A stretch of 64,000 nt of DNA. Origin: an uncultured delta proteobacterium. Lineage in GTDB: Bacteria > Desulfobacterota > Desulfobacteria > Desulfobacterales > Desulfatirhabdiaceae. The position numbers and the translations under genes were made by a program. The stretch is from assembly GCA_963789395.1 (NCBI GenBank), contig CAWBKP010000014.1, positions 352,001-416,000 on the forward strand, given 5' to 3'. This document shows positions 1-9,604 of the stretch, piece after piece. Below the pieces are notes generated by a model, which had not been told where the DNA came from, searched no databases, and saw nothing but the letters and a program-made list of their open reading frames with translations. Each line of letters begins with the position of its first letter. Position 1 is the first letter of the stretch.

Positions 1-285
1 CACATGACCATCACCGAATTTCTGGATAAGCTCGGAGACAGTGGCCGCCTCAAGGCCGACGGTGCCATCCAGATTCTTTGTCTCATCGTGCTGGCACTGC
101 TCATGTGGTACGGCCTGATCATCGTCAATGCCAACTGGGGAAACCAACTCACCGTGCTCGGCTGGCCCATGGCTTTCCAGTATATGGCACTGCCCGTGGG
201 TGCTGCCCTGAGCTTTATTTTTGTGGCCTATGACCTGTTTCAGATCATCAAAGGCGTTTCACGCAAAGAGCGATACGGAGAATAA
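1..285 (+). CDS. TRAP transporter small permease (DctQ family), 5' truncated by window edge
   Basis: Hydrophobic ORF ending with YMALPVG motif directly before dctM; begins at the mid-protein HMTI motif, so the true start is upstream. Confidence 0.8.
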   Translation, partial: HMTITEFLDKLGDSGRLKADGAIQILCLIVLALLMWYGLIIVNANWGNQLTVLGWPMAFQYMALPVGAALSFIFVAYDLFQIIKGVSRKERYGE

Positions 286-288
286 CCC

Positions 289-1575
289 ATGCTGGCACTG
301 AGCCTTTTCTTCATTTTTTGCATCATCGCATGCCTCGGCGTGCCCCTCATGTACGCATTGATCGCAACAACCCTTGGCATGATTCTGTTCGCCGGCATGA
401 CCTATCCCATTGAAACGATCCTCCTGACGTTCATCTCCGGGGTGGAACCGTTCATCCTGATCGCGGTACCGCTGTTCATTTTCGCCGGCGAACTGCTGTC
501 CAAGGGAGGCGTCGGCAAACGCATCGTGGATTTCACCCAGACCCTGTTCGGGTTTCTCCCCGGAGGCCTTGGCGTGGTCACCTGTATCTCCTGCCTGCTG
601 TTTGGAGGCGTTTCCGGATCGGCCATCGCGGACACGGCAGCCATCGGTTCAATGGTCATCCCCATGATGAAACGAAAAGGCTATGAACCCGCCTTTGCCG
701 CTGCCCTGCTTTCCGTGGCAGGAACCCTGGCGCTGCTCATGCCACTTTCCATCCCCTTTCTGGTCTATGCCTTCATTGCCGGCGTTTCCATGCGACAGCT
801 GTCCATGTCCGGCATCGGGCCGGCCATCATCTCGGCCATGGCCCTCATGGGTGTGTGCATGTGGTATGGCCGCAAAACCGGATGCGATTCCGGCGGACGG
901 ATCTCAAGTTTGAAGGAAATCTGGACGGCCTTCCGGGCTGCCTCCAGCGCCCTGGTCATGCCGGTTATCATCGTTGGCGGGATTTGGTCCGGCACGTTCA
1001 CGCCAACGGAAGCCGCGGCTGTCGCCGTCGTATACGGGCTGGTCATCTCCATTTACATCTATAAAGATATCACCTGGAAAGATGTACCCCCCCTGCTGCT
1101 CAAGGCGTTTCAGACCAGCGCAACGGTCATGCTGGTCATCGGCGCCACGGGATGCCTGTCCTGGCTGCTGACAGTGGAACAGGTGGCCGTGCAACTTACC
1201 GAGTGGGTTCGGTTGGTGGCTCACGAACCATGGGTGTTCCTGCTTCTGGTCAATATCGTGCTTTTTCTGCTCGGCATCTTTATCGAACCGCTTCCGGCAA
1301 TGCTACTGTCGGCACCGCTGCTGCTGCCCATGGCCAAGAACTTCGGCGTGGACATGGTCCACTTCGGCGTGGTGGTTACGGCCAATCTGGCCATTGCCCT
1401 GTACACACCCCCTGTGGGCGGGACGCTTTTTGTGGCGGCCAAACTGGCCGGCGCAGGGATCGGCGCCATCACCAAGCATCTTATGCCGCTCATGGGAGCC
1501 ACCCTGCTGATGCTGATCATTATAACCTACGTGCCGCAGCTGACCCAGTTCATTCAGTGGATGCTCCTGCGCTGA
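289..1575 (+). CDS. dctM: TRAP transporter large permease (DctM family)
   Basis: 428 aa, motifs AVPLFIFAGEL, GVSGSAIADTAAIG, FTPTEAAAVA, YTPPVG. Confidence 0.95.
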   Translation: MLALSLFFIFCIIACLGVPLMYALIATTLGMILFAGMTYPIETILLTFISGVEPFILIAVPLFIFAGELLSKGGVGKRIVDFTQTLFGFLPGGLGVVTCISCLLFGGVSGSAIADTAAIGSMVIPMMKRKGYEPAFAAALLSVAGTLALLMPLSIPFLVYAFIAGVSMRQLSMSGIGPAIISAMALMGVCMWYGRKTGCDSGGRISSLKEIWTAFRAASSALVMPVIIVGGIWSGTFTPTEAAAVAVVYGLVISIYIYKDITWKDVPPLLLKAFQTSATVMLVIGATGCLSWLLTVEQVAVQLTEWVRLVAHEPWVFLLLVNIVLFLLGIFIEPLPAMLLSAPLLLPMAKNFGVDMVHFGVVVTANLAIALYTPPVGGTLFVAAKLAGAGIGAITKHLMPLMGATLLMLIIITYVPQLTQFIQWMLLR

Positions 1576-1689
1576 TCCGCACGTTCAGAAAATCTGTCGC
1601 AATTTTCAGGCGAACCTGGACGCAAGTTCCGGCACAGGTGCCTAAATTTGTCTAACCGATAAAAAAAACACCAACTGGAGAAAAGCAAG

Positions 1690-2655
1690 ATGTTAAAACT
1701 GGCAATCATCACAGGGTTTCTTTCTCAAACAAAAGACCGTTTTCACCAATACAACGCGCCGCTGGCCCTGGAGGAGAAATTCAAGCTGATGACCGAAATC
1801 GAAGGGTATACGGGCGTTGAGATCGTCTATCCATATGAAGTCAGCGATGTGGAAAAAACCATGGCGGCGCTTGCCAAATACCATCTGGAAGTGGCGGCGG
1901 TGAATGTCAATGTCAAGGCCGAGCCGGAATTCAGAAATGGGGGTCTTACGTCCCTGGACCCGGAAATCCGGGCCAAAGCCGTACAGTTTATCAAAAACGC
2001 CAAGGATTTTGCGGCCGGGATCGGCGCCGACAAGGTCACCTGCTGTCCCCTGGGGGACGGCTATGAGTTCTCCTTTCAATATGACTATGCCGCAGCCTGG
2101 AAACATCTGATCGAAACCTTCGGCGAGGCCGGCAGCTACCGCCAGGAAATTCCCCTCTTTATCGAATACAAACCCAGTGAAACGCGCGGGCGGTGTTTTG
2201 TCGATACCGCTGCCAAGGCCCTCTGCCTGCTGAATGACATCAAGATTCCGGCCATGGGAATCACCCTTGATTTCGGCCATTCCATGTACGGCAATGAAAA
2301 CCCGGCCGAGGTGGTGGCGCAGCTTCACGCCAGTCCCTATAAATATTATGTTCACATCAATGATAACGACGGCAAATGGGATTGGGACTATTTTTGCGGC
2401 ACCAAACACTTTCTTGAATATGTCGAGTTCCTCTACTACCTGAAAAAATACGGGTATAACGACTACTTCACATCGGACACGTCGCCGACGCGCTGGGATA
2501 TCCGGGGAACTTTCGAGGCCAACAGCCGGCTGACCTTGAAAATCTGGCAGATGCTCGACCGCATCGATACCCCAAGGCTGGAATCGCTGATGAACCGGGG
2601 AGATTATCTCGAAACCTGGAAATTCGTCGAGCAGAACATCTTCTCGATGAAATAG
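1690..2655 (+). CDS. Xylose-isomerase-like TIM barrel sugar isomerase, resembling D-apiose isomerase (ApsI) family
   Basis: Motifs GGLTSLDPEIRAKA, GDGYEFSFQ, IEYKPSETR, LDFGHSMYGNENPA, HINDNDGKWDWD; GGAG RBS upstream. Confidence 0.8.
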   Translation: MLKLAIITGFLSQTKDRFHQYNAPLALEEKFKLMTEIEGYTGVEIVYPYEVSDVEKTMAALAKYHLEVAAVNVNVKAEPEFRNGGLTSLDPEIRAKAVQFIKNAKDFAAGIGADKVTCCPLGDGYEFSFQYDYAAAWKHLIETFGEAGSYRQEIPLFIEYKPSETRGRCFVDTAAKALCLLNDIKIPAMGITLDFGHSMYGNENPAEVVAQLHASPYKYYVHINDNDGKWDWDYFCGTKHFLEYVEFLYYLKKYGYNDYFTSDTSPTRWDIRGTFEANSRLTLKIWQMLDRIDTPRLESLMNRGDYLETWKFVEQNIFSMK

Positions 2656-2666
2656 CGAGGCGATTC

Positions 2667-4080
2667 ATGACTGACAATGCCGTGCTGGATATCGGTTATC
2701 TGGATACCCTGCCTCCCGAGTGGAAAACCGATCTGCTTTCCGATATTCGGAAGAAGATCGGAAAATCGAACGCCAAGGTCGTTATCCTCGATGACGACCC
2801 GACCGGAACCCAGACTGTCCGCGACCTTCCGGTCCTGACCCACTGGTCGGAACAGGCACTTTGCGAGGAGTTGGCCGGCAGGTATCCGGCGTTTTTTATC
2901 CTCACCAACAGCAGAAGCCTTCCCGAATCCGGGGCCTGCAAACTGGCACATGAGATTGGAACCCTTCTGCGGCGCGCTTCGGAACTGACCGGCATCCGCA
3001 CCGTAGTGATCAGCCGCAGCGATTCCACCCTTCGCGGGCACTTTCCTGCCGAGGTGGATGAGATGGCACGGGGCATGGGAAAGGAAAAGCTTCCTTACCT
3101 GATCCTGCCGTTTTTTCTCGAAGGCGGCAGGTACACCCTGAACGATATCCACTATGTGCGGGAAGGTGATCAACTGATTCCGGCGGCCCTTACTCCCTTT
3201 GCCAGGGACGCGGCCTTTGGATTCCGTCATTCGAATCTCAGGCAGTGGGTTGAAGAAAAGACAAGGGGGAAAATCGGCGCTGCCGGCGTAATTTCCATCA
3301 GCCTTGACGACATTCGCCTTGGCGGGCCTGACCGGGTGGCAAAAATTCTACTCGGCGTGCCGCCGGCCGGAGCCTGCATCGCCAATGCAGCCGGTTACCG
3401 CGATATGGAAGTTCTGGTCTCTGCCCTTCTGGATGTTGAAAGCAGCGGAAAGGAGTTTCTCTACCGCACCGCCGCATCCTTTGTCCGAACCCGGACCGGC
3501 ATGGACCACCGGGGAGCGACTGCTCACAAAGGAAGACTTGATCAGCGGCAGCAGGCATGGCGGGTTTTTTGTCATCGGCTCCTATGTTGAAAAAACCAGC
3601 CGGCAGGTAAAGGCACTGTTTGCAAAGACAGACATTGCCACCATTGAAGTCCGGGTGAATGCGCTGCTCGATCCCGCCAAAAACGGCAGCGAAATAACCC
3701 GCGTTGCCGAAGAAACTTCGGCCGCACTCACCGTTGGCAGGGATACCGCCGTCTTCACCAGCAGGGAACTGATTTGCGGAAAGGATGCCGAATCCAGCCT
3801 CAATATCGGGCGAACGGTAAGCAACGGGCTCATCGAGATCGTCCGCCGGATCAGCGTTCAACCGCGCTACATAGTGGCAAAAGGCGGTATCACCTCAAGC
3901 GATATCGCCACCAAAGGGCTTGGGGTCAGGCGGGCAATGATCCTCGGACAGGCCCTGCCGGGGGTTCCCGCCTGGAGATTGGGGAACGAGACACGATACC
4001 CGGGGATGGCCTACATTGTCTTTCCGGGAAATGTCGGAGACAGCGACGCCCTGGTACGTATTCAGCAGAATCTGAAATAA
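2667..4080 (+). CDS. Four-carbon acid-sugar kinase family protein (DUF1537; DtnK/OtnK/OiaK-like), one frameshift near 3513
   Basis: N-half (2667 frame) has LDDDPTGTQTV and SRSDSTLRGHF; C-half (frame ending 4080) has AKGGITSSDIA and VFPGNVG; break at a G run (ccggggagc). Confidence 0.88.
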
Positions 4081-4137
4081 ACGGAAAAACAAAAAAAGAA
4101 TCTATAATAATTAATCACACACTTACAGGAGACAATC

Positions 4138-4983
4138 GTGAAACATAACGTTAAGACGATCCAGAAGATGAAAGATGACAAACAAATCATCACCATGCTC
4201 ACCGCCTATGACTACCCCACCGCCAAGAAGGTCAACAATGCCGGAATCGACATGATCCTTGTCGGAGACTCCTGTGCGATGGTGGTGCATGGTCATCCCA
4301 ATACCCTCACCGCCACCATGGACATGATGGTCCTTCATTGCGGTTCGGTTGCCAGGGCGTGCGACCGCACCATGGTCATTGCCGATATGCCCTTTGGATC
4401 CTTCCAGTACGGCGTTGAGGAAACCATGCGCAATGCCGCCCGGTTCGTCACCGAGGCCGCGGTGGATGGTGTGAAATTTGAAGCCACCCACAATCATATT
4501 GCAAAAACCAAAGCCGTTGTCGAAATGGGCATCGCCGTTGTCGGCCACGTGGGTCTACATCCCCAGGCCATCGGCGCCCTGGGCGGCCTGAAGGTTCAGG
4601 GCAAGGATGTCGAAACCGCCCGAAAAGTGGTTTCAGAGGCGCTGGCCCTCCAGGAGGCGGGCGTTTTTGCCATTATCTTTGAGGCGGTGCCTGCAAAACT
4701 TTCCGCCTATGTCACCCGGAAGCTGAGAGTCCCCACGATCAGCATCGGTGGCGGCCCGGGCTGCTCCGGCCAGCTTCTGGTCACCCCCGACGTGCTCGGG
4801 CTCTTTGACAGATTCACGCCGTCATTTGCCAAAAAATATCAGGATGTCGGCACGCTGATGCTGAACACCTTCAAGCAGTATGCGGAAGAGGTTCAAAACG
4901 GCGTCTTCCCCGGAGAGGAGCATAGCTACAAGATGTCCGACGAAGTCCTTGAAGCCATCGAGCAGGAATTCGGAAAGGCATAG
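4138..4983 (+). CDS. panB: 3-methyl-2-oxobutanoate hydroxymethyltransferase family (PanB or paralogue)
   Basis: TAYD, LVGDS, ADMPFGS, GHVGLHPQ, FEAVP, GQLLV, FAKKY motifs; GTG start after AGGAGA. Confidence 0.88.
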   Translation: MKHNVKTIQKMKDDKQIITMLTAYDYPTAKKVNNAGIDMILVGDSCAMVVHGHPNTLTATMDMMVLHCGSVARACDRTMVIADMPFGSFQYGVEETMRNAARFVTEAAVDGVKFEATHNHIAKTKAVVEMGIAVVGHVGLHPQAIGALGGLKVQGKDVETARKVVSEALALQEAGVFAIIFEAVPAKLSAYVTRKLRVPTISIGGGPGCSGQLLVTPDVLGLFDRFTPSFAKKYQDVGTLMLNTFKQYAEEVQNGVFPGEEHSYKMSDEVLEAIEQEFGKA

Positions 4984-5109
4984 ACGGATCACCGAGTTGC
5001 GGCAGGGGGCATTTGCTGCCGCAACGCTCCTGCGTCTGATTGCCGGGTCAAAACAACCCGCCCAGCCTGTTTTTTTCGCACCTTTCCGATGGGCGTATCG
5101 GTTCGGCAA

Positions 5110-5315
5110 GGGACTGGTTGGAAACATCATCGAGGCCGATTTTTGACTTTTTCACGTAATCATCAATCTGATTCTGGCCGGGGATAACGCGGTGGTTATT
5201 GCCATGGCGGTACGATCCCTGCCCAACGCCCAGCGCGGCAAAGGAATCCTGTGGGGGGCTTCGGCTGCCGTGCTGCTCTTCGAACTGGGTCTCAGCATCC
5301 CGTTCGTTGTGCTAT
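5110..5315 (+). pseudogene. TerC/YjbE-family membrane protein remnant with internal deletion
   Basis: Reads INLILAGDNAVVIAMAVRSLP..QRGKGILWGASAAVLL then jumps to the C-terminal motif FELGLSIPFVV; no intact start or end. Confidence 0.75.
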
Positions 5316-5540
5316 CCAGAATCTGCAACGATTTTGATTCCCAGCCCCAGCGACTTCCGGTTCATATCCAGAAAGCCGGGGGAATGCGGGTTTCCAGCAC
5401 GCGCAGCATGGCGTTCAGCGCCACCCGGCTCCAGCACCTTCTTGTGGGGCGGAACGCCACGCAGATCCAGCAGCCCTTGTACCAGTCCCGGTTGATCACG
5501 TGCGCTTTCAACTTGGGGGTTGTCAGTCATCCTTCCTTTA
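5312..5540 (-). pseudogene. Compressed remnant of a 2-oxoacid:ferredoxin oxidoreductase operon (delta start, beta fragment, gamma end)
   Basis: Direct nucleotide similarity: 5327-5403 to 26012-26089, 5402-5419 identical to 27269-27286, 5428-5540 to 28629-28739. Confidence 0.9.
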
Positions 5541-5561
5541 CCGGCTTTGTAAAAATACATC

Positions 5562-5645
5562 CTCCCCTTTGGAAAGGGGCGCCCGGGGGGATTTCAGACG
5601 AACTGCTGAAAAATCCCCCTCAATCCCCCTTTTTCAAAGGGGGAG
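5562..5645. repeat. REP-like palindromic element (two inverted CCCCTTT..AAAGGGG hairpin units)
   Basis: ctcccctttggaaaggggcgcccggggggattt ... aaatccccctcaatccccctttttcaaagggggag; related half copy at 25908-25942. Confidence 0.75.
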
Positions 5646-5699
5646 TCTTTTTATTGTCAGGGGTGACGTCCTCTGAAACAATTCATGAACGTTTCGATT

Positions 5700-6347
5700 T
5701 CATTTACTGGTCAGCGCCTTCAGCCAGGCCGAAAACCGGGTTTCACCGGCCGGCCTGAGGCCGAATTCCGCGCCGGCATCACGTATTGCATGAACCATGC
5801 AGTGGCCGTATCCTCTGGAACAGGTCAGCAGCAACCCGCCGGACCCGTCATCACCTTTCTCCAGGGCCACGATCTGACAGGGAACATGGCTGAAGGGCCC
5901 CTGCAATAAAAACGGGGCGGCTTTTTCCGGATCGAGAAAATCCAGGGATGTCAGTTTTTCGGCAATGGAAAAGACGCGGGGCCCGAACAGGGCCAGAAAC
6001 ACGGTCGATTCGGTGACATCCGTATAAGCCGGCTCGGCCGGCAGCTCCGGTGATTCCGCGTTCAGATGCCAGATGGCGGCCTGGGTCCGGTTCATCCGGT
6101 TGATCAGGATCCCGTTTTTCAGGCCGCACGCACCCGGTGCCCCCGGAACCTCAAGGCCCGGGGGGCTGAGCGTGTTCAGCTCCCGGTCCTGAAGATCCCA
6201 CCGGGTCTTGTGACAGAGATCCACCAGAAACGGTCCCTGGCCCTCGTCGTCGTAGGACAGTGCAATCGTCCAGTTGTTGCGCGTTTCAGTCGTCCGGGGC
6301 AGCCCCAATTGAACAGGAGAAAGTCTTTGTATGCTCTGCATCGTCAT
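5700..6347 (-). CDS. soxG: Sarcosine oxidase gamma-subunit-like protein
   Basis: Last gene of the BDAG arrangement; GcvT-like motifs YTDVTES.VFLALFGP and CSRGYG. Confidence 0.75.
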   Translation of the reverse strand: MTMQSIQRLSPVQLGLPRTTETRNNWTIALSYDDEGQGPFLVDLCHKTRWDLQDRELNTLSPPGLEVPGAPGACGLKNGILINRMNRTQAAIWHLNAESPELPAEPAYTDVTESTVFLALFGPRVFSIAEKLTSLDFLDPEKAAPFLLQGPFSHVPCQIVALEKGDDGSGGLLLTCSRGYGHCMVHAIRDAGAEFGLRPAGETRFSAWLKALTSK

Positions 6348-6351
6348 TTCC

Positions 6352-9264
6352 TCACATTTTCATCCGGTTGCCATCCGGATCATAAAACGGCATGGGTACG
6401 ACTCTCGCGTATATCCGACTGCCGCCGCATTCATCTTCAAATATCTCCAATCGGGTACCGATATCCGACAACGGGGATTCCACCAGGGCCATGCCGACGG
6501 CCTTTCCAAGCGATATGCTTTTTCTGGCTGTGCACACATAGCCCCGGACCCGGCTGTCCACGATGATGGATCCGTCCCTGGCCGGCCGGTCCCCTTCCAT
6601 CTGAATCCCCACCAGGGTCAGTCTGCCCGGATCAGCTTCAGCCTGCCGCAACGCCACAGCGCCGACGGTTTTGGCGTCGGTTTTGCTGCGGTCCCACAGA
6701 AACCCGAGCCCCACATCCAGGAGATTTGTCCGCTGCTCGGATTCCACCCCCAGGATGATATGGCCTTTTTCCAGTCTCAGCACATTCTGTGCTTCCACCC
6801 CGAAATTGCGGATGTTGAATTCCTTGCCGGCCGATGCCACCATCTCCCACAGCGAGACCATGTAGGATGCGGGCACATGCAGTTCAAACGACAGTTCGCC
6901 CACAAACCCGAGGCGCATGGCCCGGACCGGTATCCCGCCGACCGTGAATTCGCGGTAAGCGCTGAAGGGAAAGGCTGCGCTGGAAACATCCGCATCGGCA
7001 ACCTTTTCCAGCACCTTTCGGGCATTGGGTCCCGACAGGTTGATGACGCCCATGGCATCGGTCAGGTTGACCATGTTGAAATTCCAGCCGTCATAGCGGG
7101 TGTGATAGCGGATCCACTCGATGGTCTGTCCGGCCCGGGCCGTGGATGTGGTCAGATAATAGTCGTTTTCCCGGATGTTGACGATGACGCCGTCATCCAG
7201 CACGCATCCGTCATCGTTGCACATGGCCGAGTATTTCACCCGCCCTTCGCGGACCTTAGCGATATCGGAAACATACACCCGCTGCAGGGCGCGAAGTGCG
7301 TCCGGCCCGTGAATCCGGAATTTTCCCAGGGTTGAGGCATCCAGCATGCCCACGTTGCTGCGGACGGTTAAAATTTCCTCCCGGCAGGTAACGTCCTCTG
7401 AAAAATAGCGGGCCCGGTCCCACACCCCGATCAGGCGAAACACGCCGCCTGCCTTGACCTGAAGTTCATGGACCGGCGTGCGCTTGGACATTTTGTGGCT
7501 GGCGCCGGCATAGGTGCTGATGTAGGTCGGCGTCAGGGGCGGCCGGACCGTTGTCGGCTGCAGATGTCCGGGGCCGGAAGCCGTGTACTTGGCCACAAAA
7601 AGCGGCAGGTTGTGTCCGGGAATCCCGCCCTGGCCGGGTCCGGTGCCGGCGGATGTAAAGCGCTTGATCAGTTCCGGAACATCAAAGCCCATGTCGATGG
7701 CCTGCCGGATGTTTTTAATCGTGGTGTCTTCGTCAAAGCAGATAAAGGTTTTGCGGCCCTTGACCGGGGCCGTCACCAGCTTGGTGCCCCTTTCGGGTCC
7801 GGCCAGCCCCGCCAGGGCTTTTTCAGCGTCTTCAATCTGTTTTTGGTTTGATGCGCCGCAGGCATCGGCTGCCTGAAGCCCGGCCAGCCGTCCGGAGGCC
7901 TCGATGGACAGAGGGGAATTGAATCCCAGCATGCGGCCGGCGGCAACCATTTTCTCCGGCAGACTAACCGGCAGAAAATACCCGGTATGGTCGTCATAGG
8001 TGAATGTTGCCTGGGCCAGGCTCAGGGGGCCGGTGGCCGGGGTCAGGCCCGCGGAGGCGACCAGTAGATCGCAGGGAATATGCCGCCGGATGGTGCCGTC
8101 CAGGGTTGCGATCGTCGCCTTGTTGACCTGTTTGCTGCCATGGGCCTTGACGGCGACCCAGCCGCCAAGATACGGAATCCGTCTGTCCGCAAGACCTGCC
8201 AGCAGGTCCGGGTTCTGCCCGTCCTCGCGGATGTCCGCCACGCAGGCCACCTGAAGACCCATATCGAACAGATCGATGGCGGCCTCCAGGCCCAGGTCAT
8301 GGCCGACGCTGAATACCGCATCTTTCCCCGGCATCAGGCCGTAAGTCCGTGCCAGGCGGTGGGCGCACCCGATCTGCATGACCCCGGGACGCTCGTTGTG
8401 GTCAAAGAGCAGCGGCCGCTCGGTGCACCCGGTCGCCACCACCACGCTTGTTGCGCGAATCTCGATGTATCGTTCATCGAAGGGGTCGCTGTCGCCGCCG
8501 ACCTGAAAGGCGGTGAGCAGGTTGTTGTTATAGGCACCGATCAGGGATGTGCGTTTGAACACGCGGATGTTGGGTGTCTGTTCCACCTGGGCCGCCAGTT
8601 CCCGGGCTCTTTGGTACAGGGGTTTTCCCTTGCCGTATTCGGCGGCCCGGTAATCAAAGCATCCGCCCAGCCAGGGGCGCCCTTCAAGAAGAAGGATGCG
8701 CCGGCCGCTTTCAGCGGCAGCCAGGGCAGCCGTCATGCCGGCCGCGCCCCCGCCGACGATGCACACATCCGCCCGGGGATAGATTTCGTCATAAACGCCT
8801 TTCATCTCGAAATCCGGGGAAATCGTGCCCAATCCGGCGGCTTTTCGAATCTGCTTCATGGCGATCGGCCAGATGGATGCGGGTTTGTGCATCATCCGGT
8901 AGTAGAAACCGGCCGGCATCAGCCAGTCGAATTTATCCATGAATCCCATCATATCGGTGTCCGCGGAACCCTTGACATTCTGGGCATCCACCCGCATGTC
9001 CGCCTTCAGCAGGGTCGTCTCGGTCCGGACATTGGGAATGCCGTTGACAGACATGCAGGTATTGCTGCATTCGCCGTCCAGGCTGTAAAGCCCCCGGGGC
9101 CGGTGGTATTTCAGACTGCGGCCAAAGACCCGGACGCCGTTGGCATACAGGGCCGTGGCCACCGTATCTCCGCCGATGCCGGTGTACGTTTTTTTGCGGT
9201 AATGCACGGCCAGTTTTTCCGACGGGTTCACCCGCAATGTCGGCAAATGATTGAGTCTGTTCAT
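6352..9264 (-). CDS. soxA: Sarcosine oxidase alpha-subunit-like protein (N-terminal domain, FAD/NAD oxidoreductase, folate-binding GcvT domain)
   Basis: GRSLKYHRPRG, IVGGGAAG, VVATGCTERP, ICFDEDTT, ELIKRFTSAGTGPGQG, TTVRPP, DASTLGK, GFVGELSFE, LRLEKGH. Confidence 0.92.
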   Translation of the reverse strand: MNRLNHLPTLRVNPSEKLAVHYRKKTYTGIGGDTVATALYANGVRVFGRSLKYHRPRGLYSLDGECSNTCMSVNGIPNVRTETTLLKADMRVDAQNVKGSADTDMMGFMDKFDWLMPAGFYYRMMHKPASIWPIAMKQIRKAAGLGTISPDFEMKGVYDEIYPRADVCIVGGGAAGMTAALAAAESGRRILLLEGRPWLGGCFDYRAAEYGKGKPLYQRARELAAQVEQTPNIRVFKRTSLIGAYNNNLLTAFQVGGDSDPFDERYIEIRATSVVVATGCTERPLLFDHNERPGVMQIGCAHRLARTYGLMPGKDAVFSVGHDLGLEAAIDLFDMGLQVACVADIREDGQNPDLLAGLADRRIPYLGGWVAVKAHGSKQVNKATIATLDGTIRRHIPCDLLVASAGLTPATGPLSLAQATFTYDDHTGYFLPVSLPEKMVAAGRMLGFNSPLSIEASGRLAGLQAADACGASNQKQIEDAEKALAGLAGPERGTKLVTAPVKGRKTFICFDEDTTIKNIRQAIDMGFDVPELIKRFTSAGTGPGQGGIPGHNLPLFVAKYTASGPGHLQPTTVRPPLTPTYISTYAGASHKMSKRTPVHELQVKAGGVFRLIGVWDRARYFSEDVTCREEILTVRSNVGMLDASTLGKFRIHGPDALRALQRVYVSDIAKVREGRVKYSAMCNDDGCVLDDGVIVNIRENDYYLTTSTARAGQTIEWIRYHTRYDGWNFNMVNLTDAMGVINLSGPNARKVLEKVADADVSSAAFPFSAYREFTVGGIPVRAMRLGFVGELSFELHVPASYMVSLWEMVASAGKEFNIRNFGVEAQNVLRLEKGHIILGVESEQRTNLLDVGLGFLWDRSKTDAKTVGAVALRQAEADPGRLTLVGIQMEGDRPARDGSIIVDSRVRGYVCTARKSISLGKAVGMALVESPLSDIGTRLEIFEDECGGSRIYARVVPMPFYDPDGNRMKM

Positions 9265-9536
9265 TGATTCGCCTCCAATTGGTTCGCTTCCATGTTGGCC
9301 ACCTCAAGATTGGTTATCGTGTTCCGGTGGACGGTAAACCAGCTGCCGCAGCCATCCCGGTGAAACCACCATTCTTTCTGAACGCCGGCCACGCATTTGT
9401 TCATATGCACATAATCGCACCAGCTGCCCGGGGTCAGCCCCGCTTCGGCAGGACGCGGTCCTTTGTCTTCTCCGCCATATCGAAATTCGTATCCGTTTCG
9501 CTTTCCGCAAATGGGGCAGGTCAGTGTCAACGCCAT
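9261..9536 (-). CDS. soxD: Sarcosine oxidase delta subunit (Zn-binding)
   Basis: CPICGKR..EFRYGGE and EWWFHRDGCGSWF motifs. Confidence 0.92.
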   Translation of the reverse strand: MALTLTCPICGKRNGYEFRYGGEDKGPRPAEAGLTPGSWCDYVHMNKCVAGVQKEWWFHRDGCGSWFTVHRNTITNLEVANMEANQLEANQ

Positions 9537-9604
9537 AACAAATTCTCCTTATTATTGAACGCCACAACTGAGGGCGTATTTATATCGATGAAGGGCCTGC
9601 GGCA

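Noticed and set aside
5192..5758. 188-aa ORF as a novel chimeric protein
   Set aside because: It reads through the terC relic, the antisense of the kor remnant and a REP element; there is no good RBS and no coherent composition.
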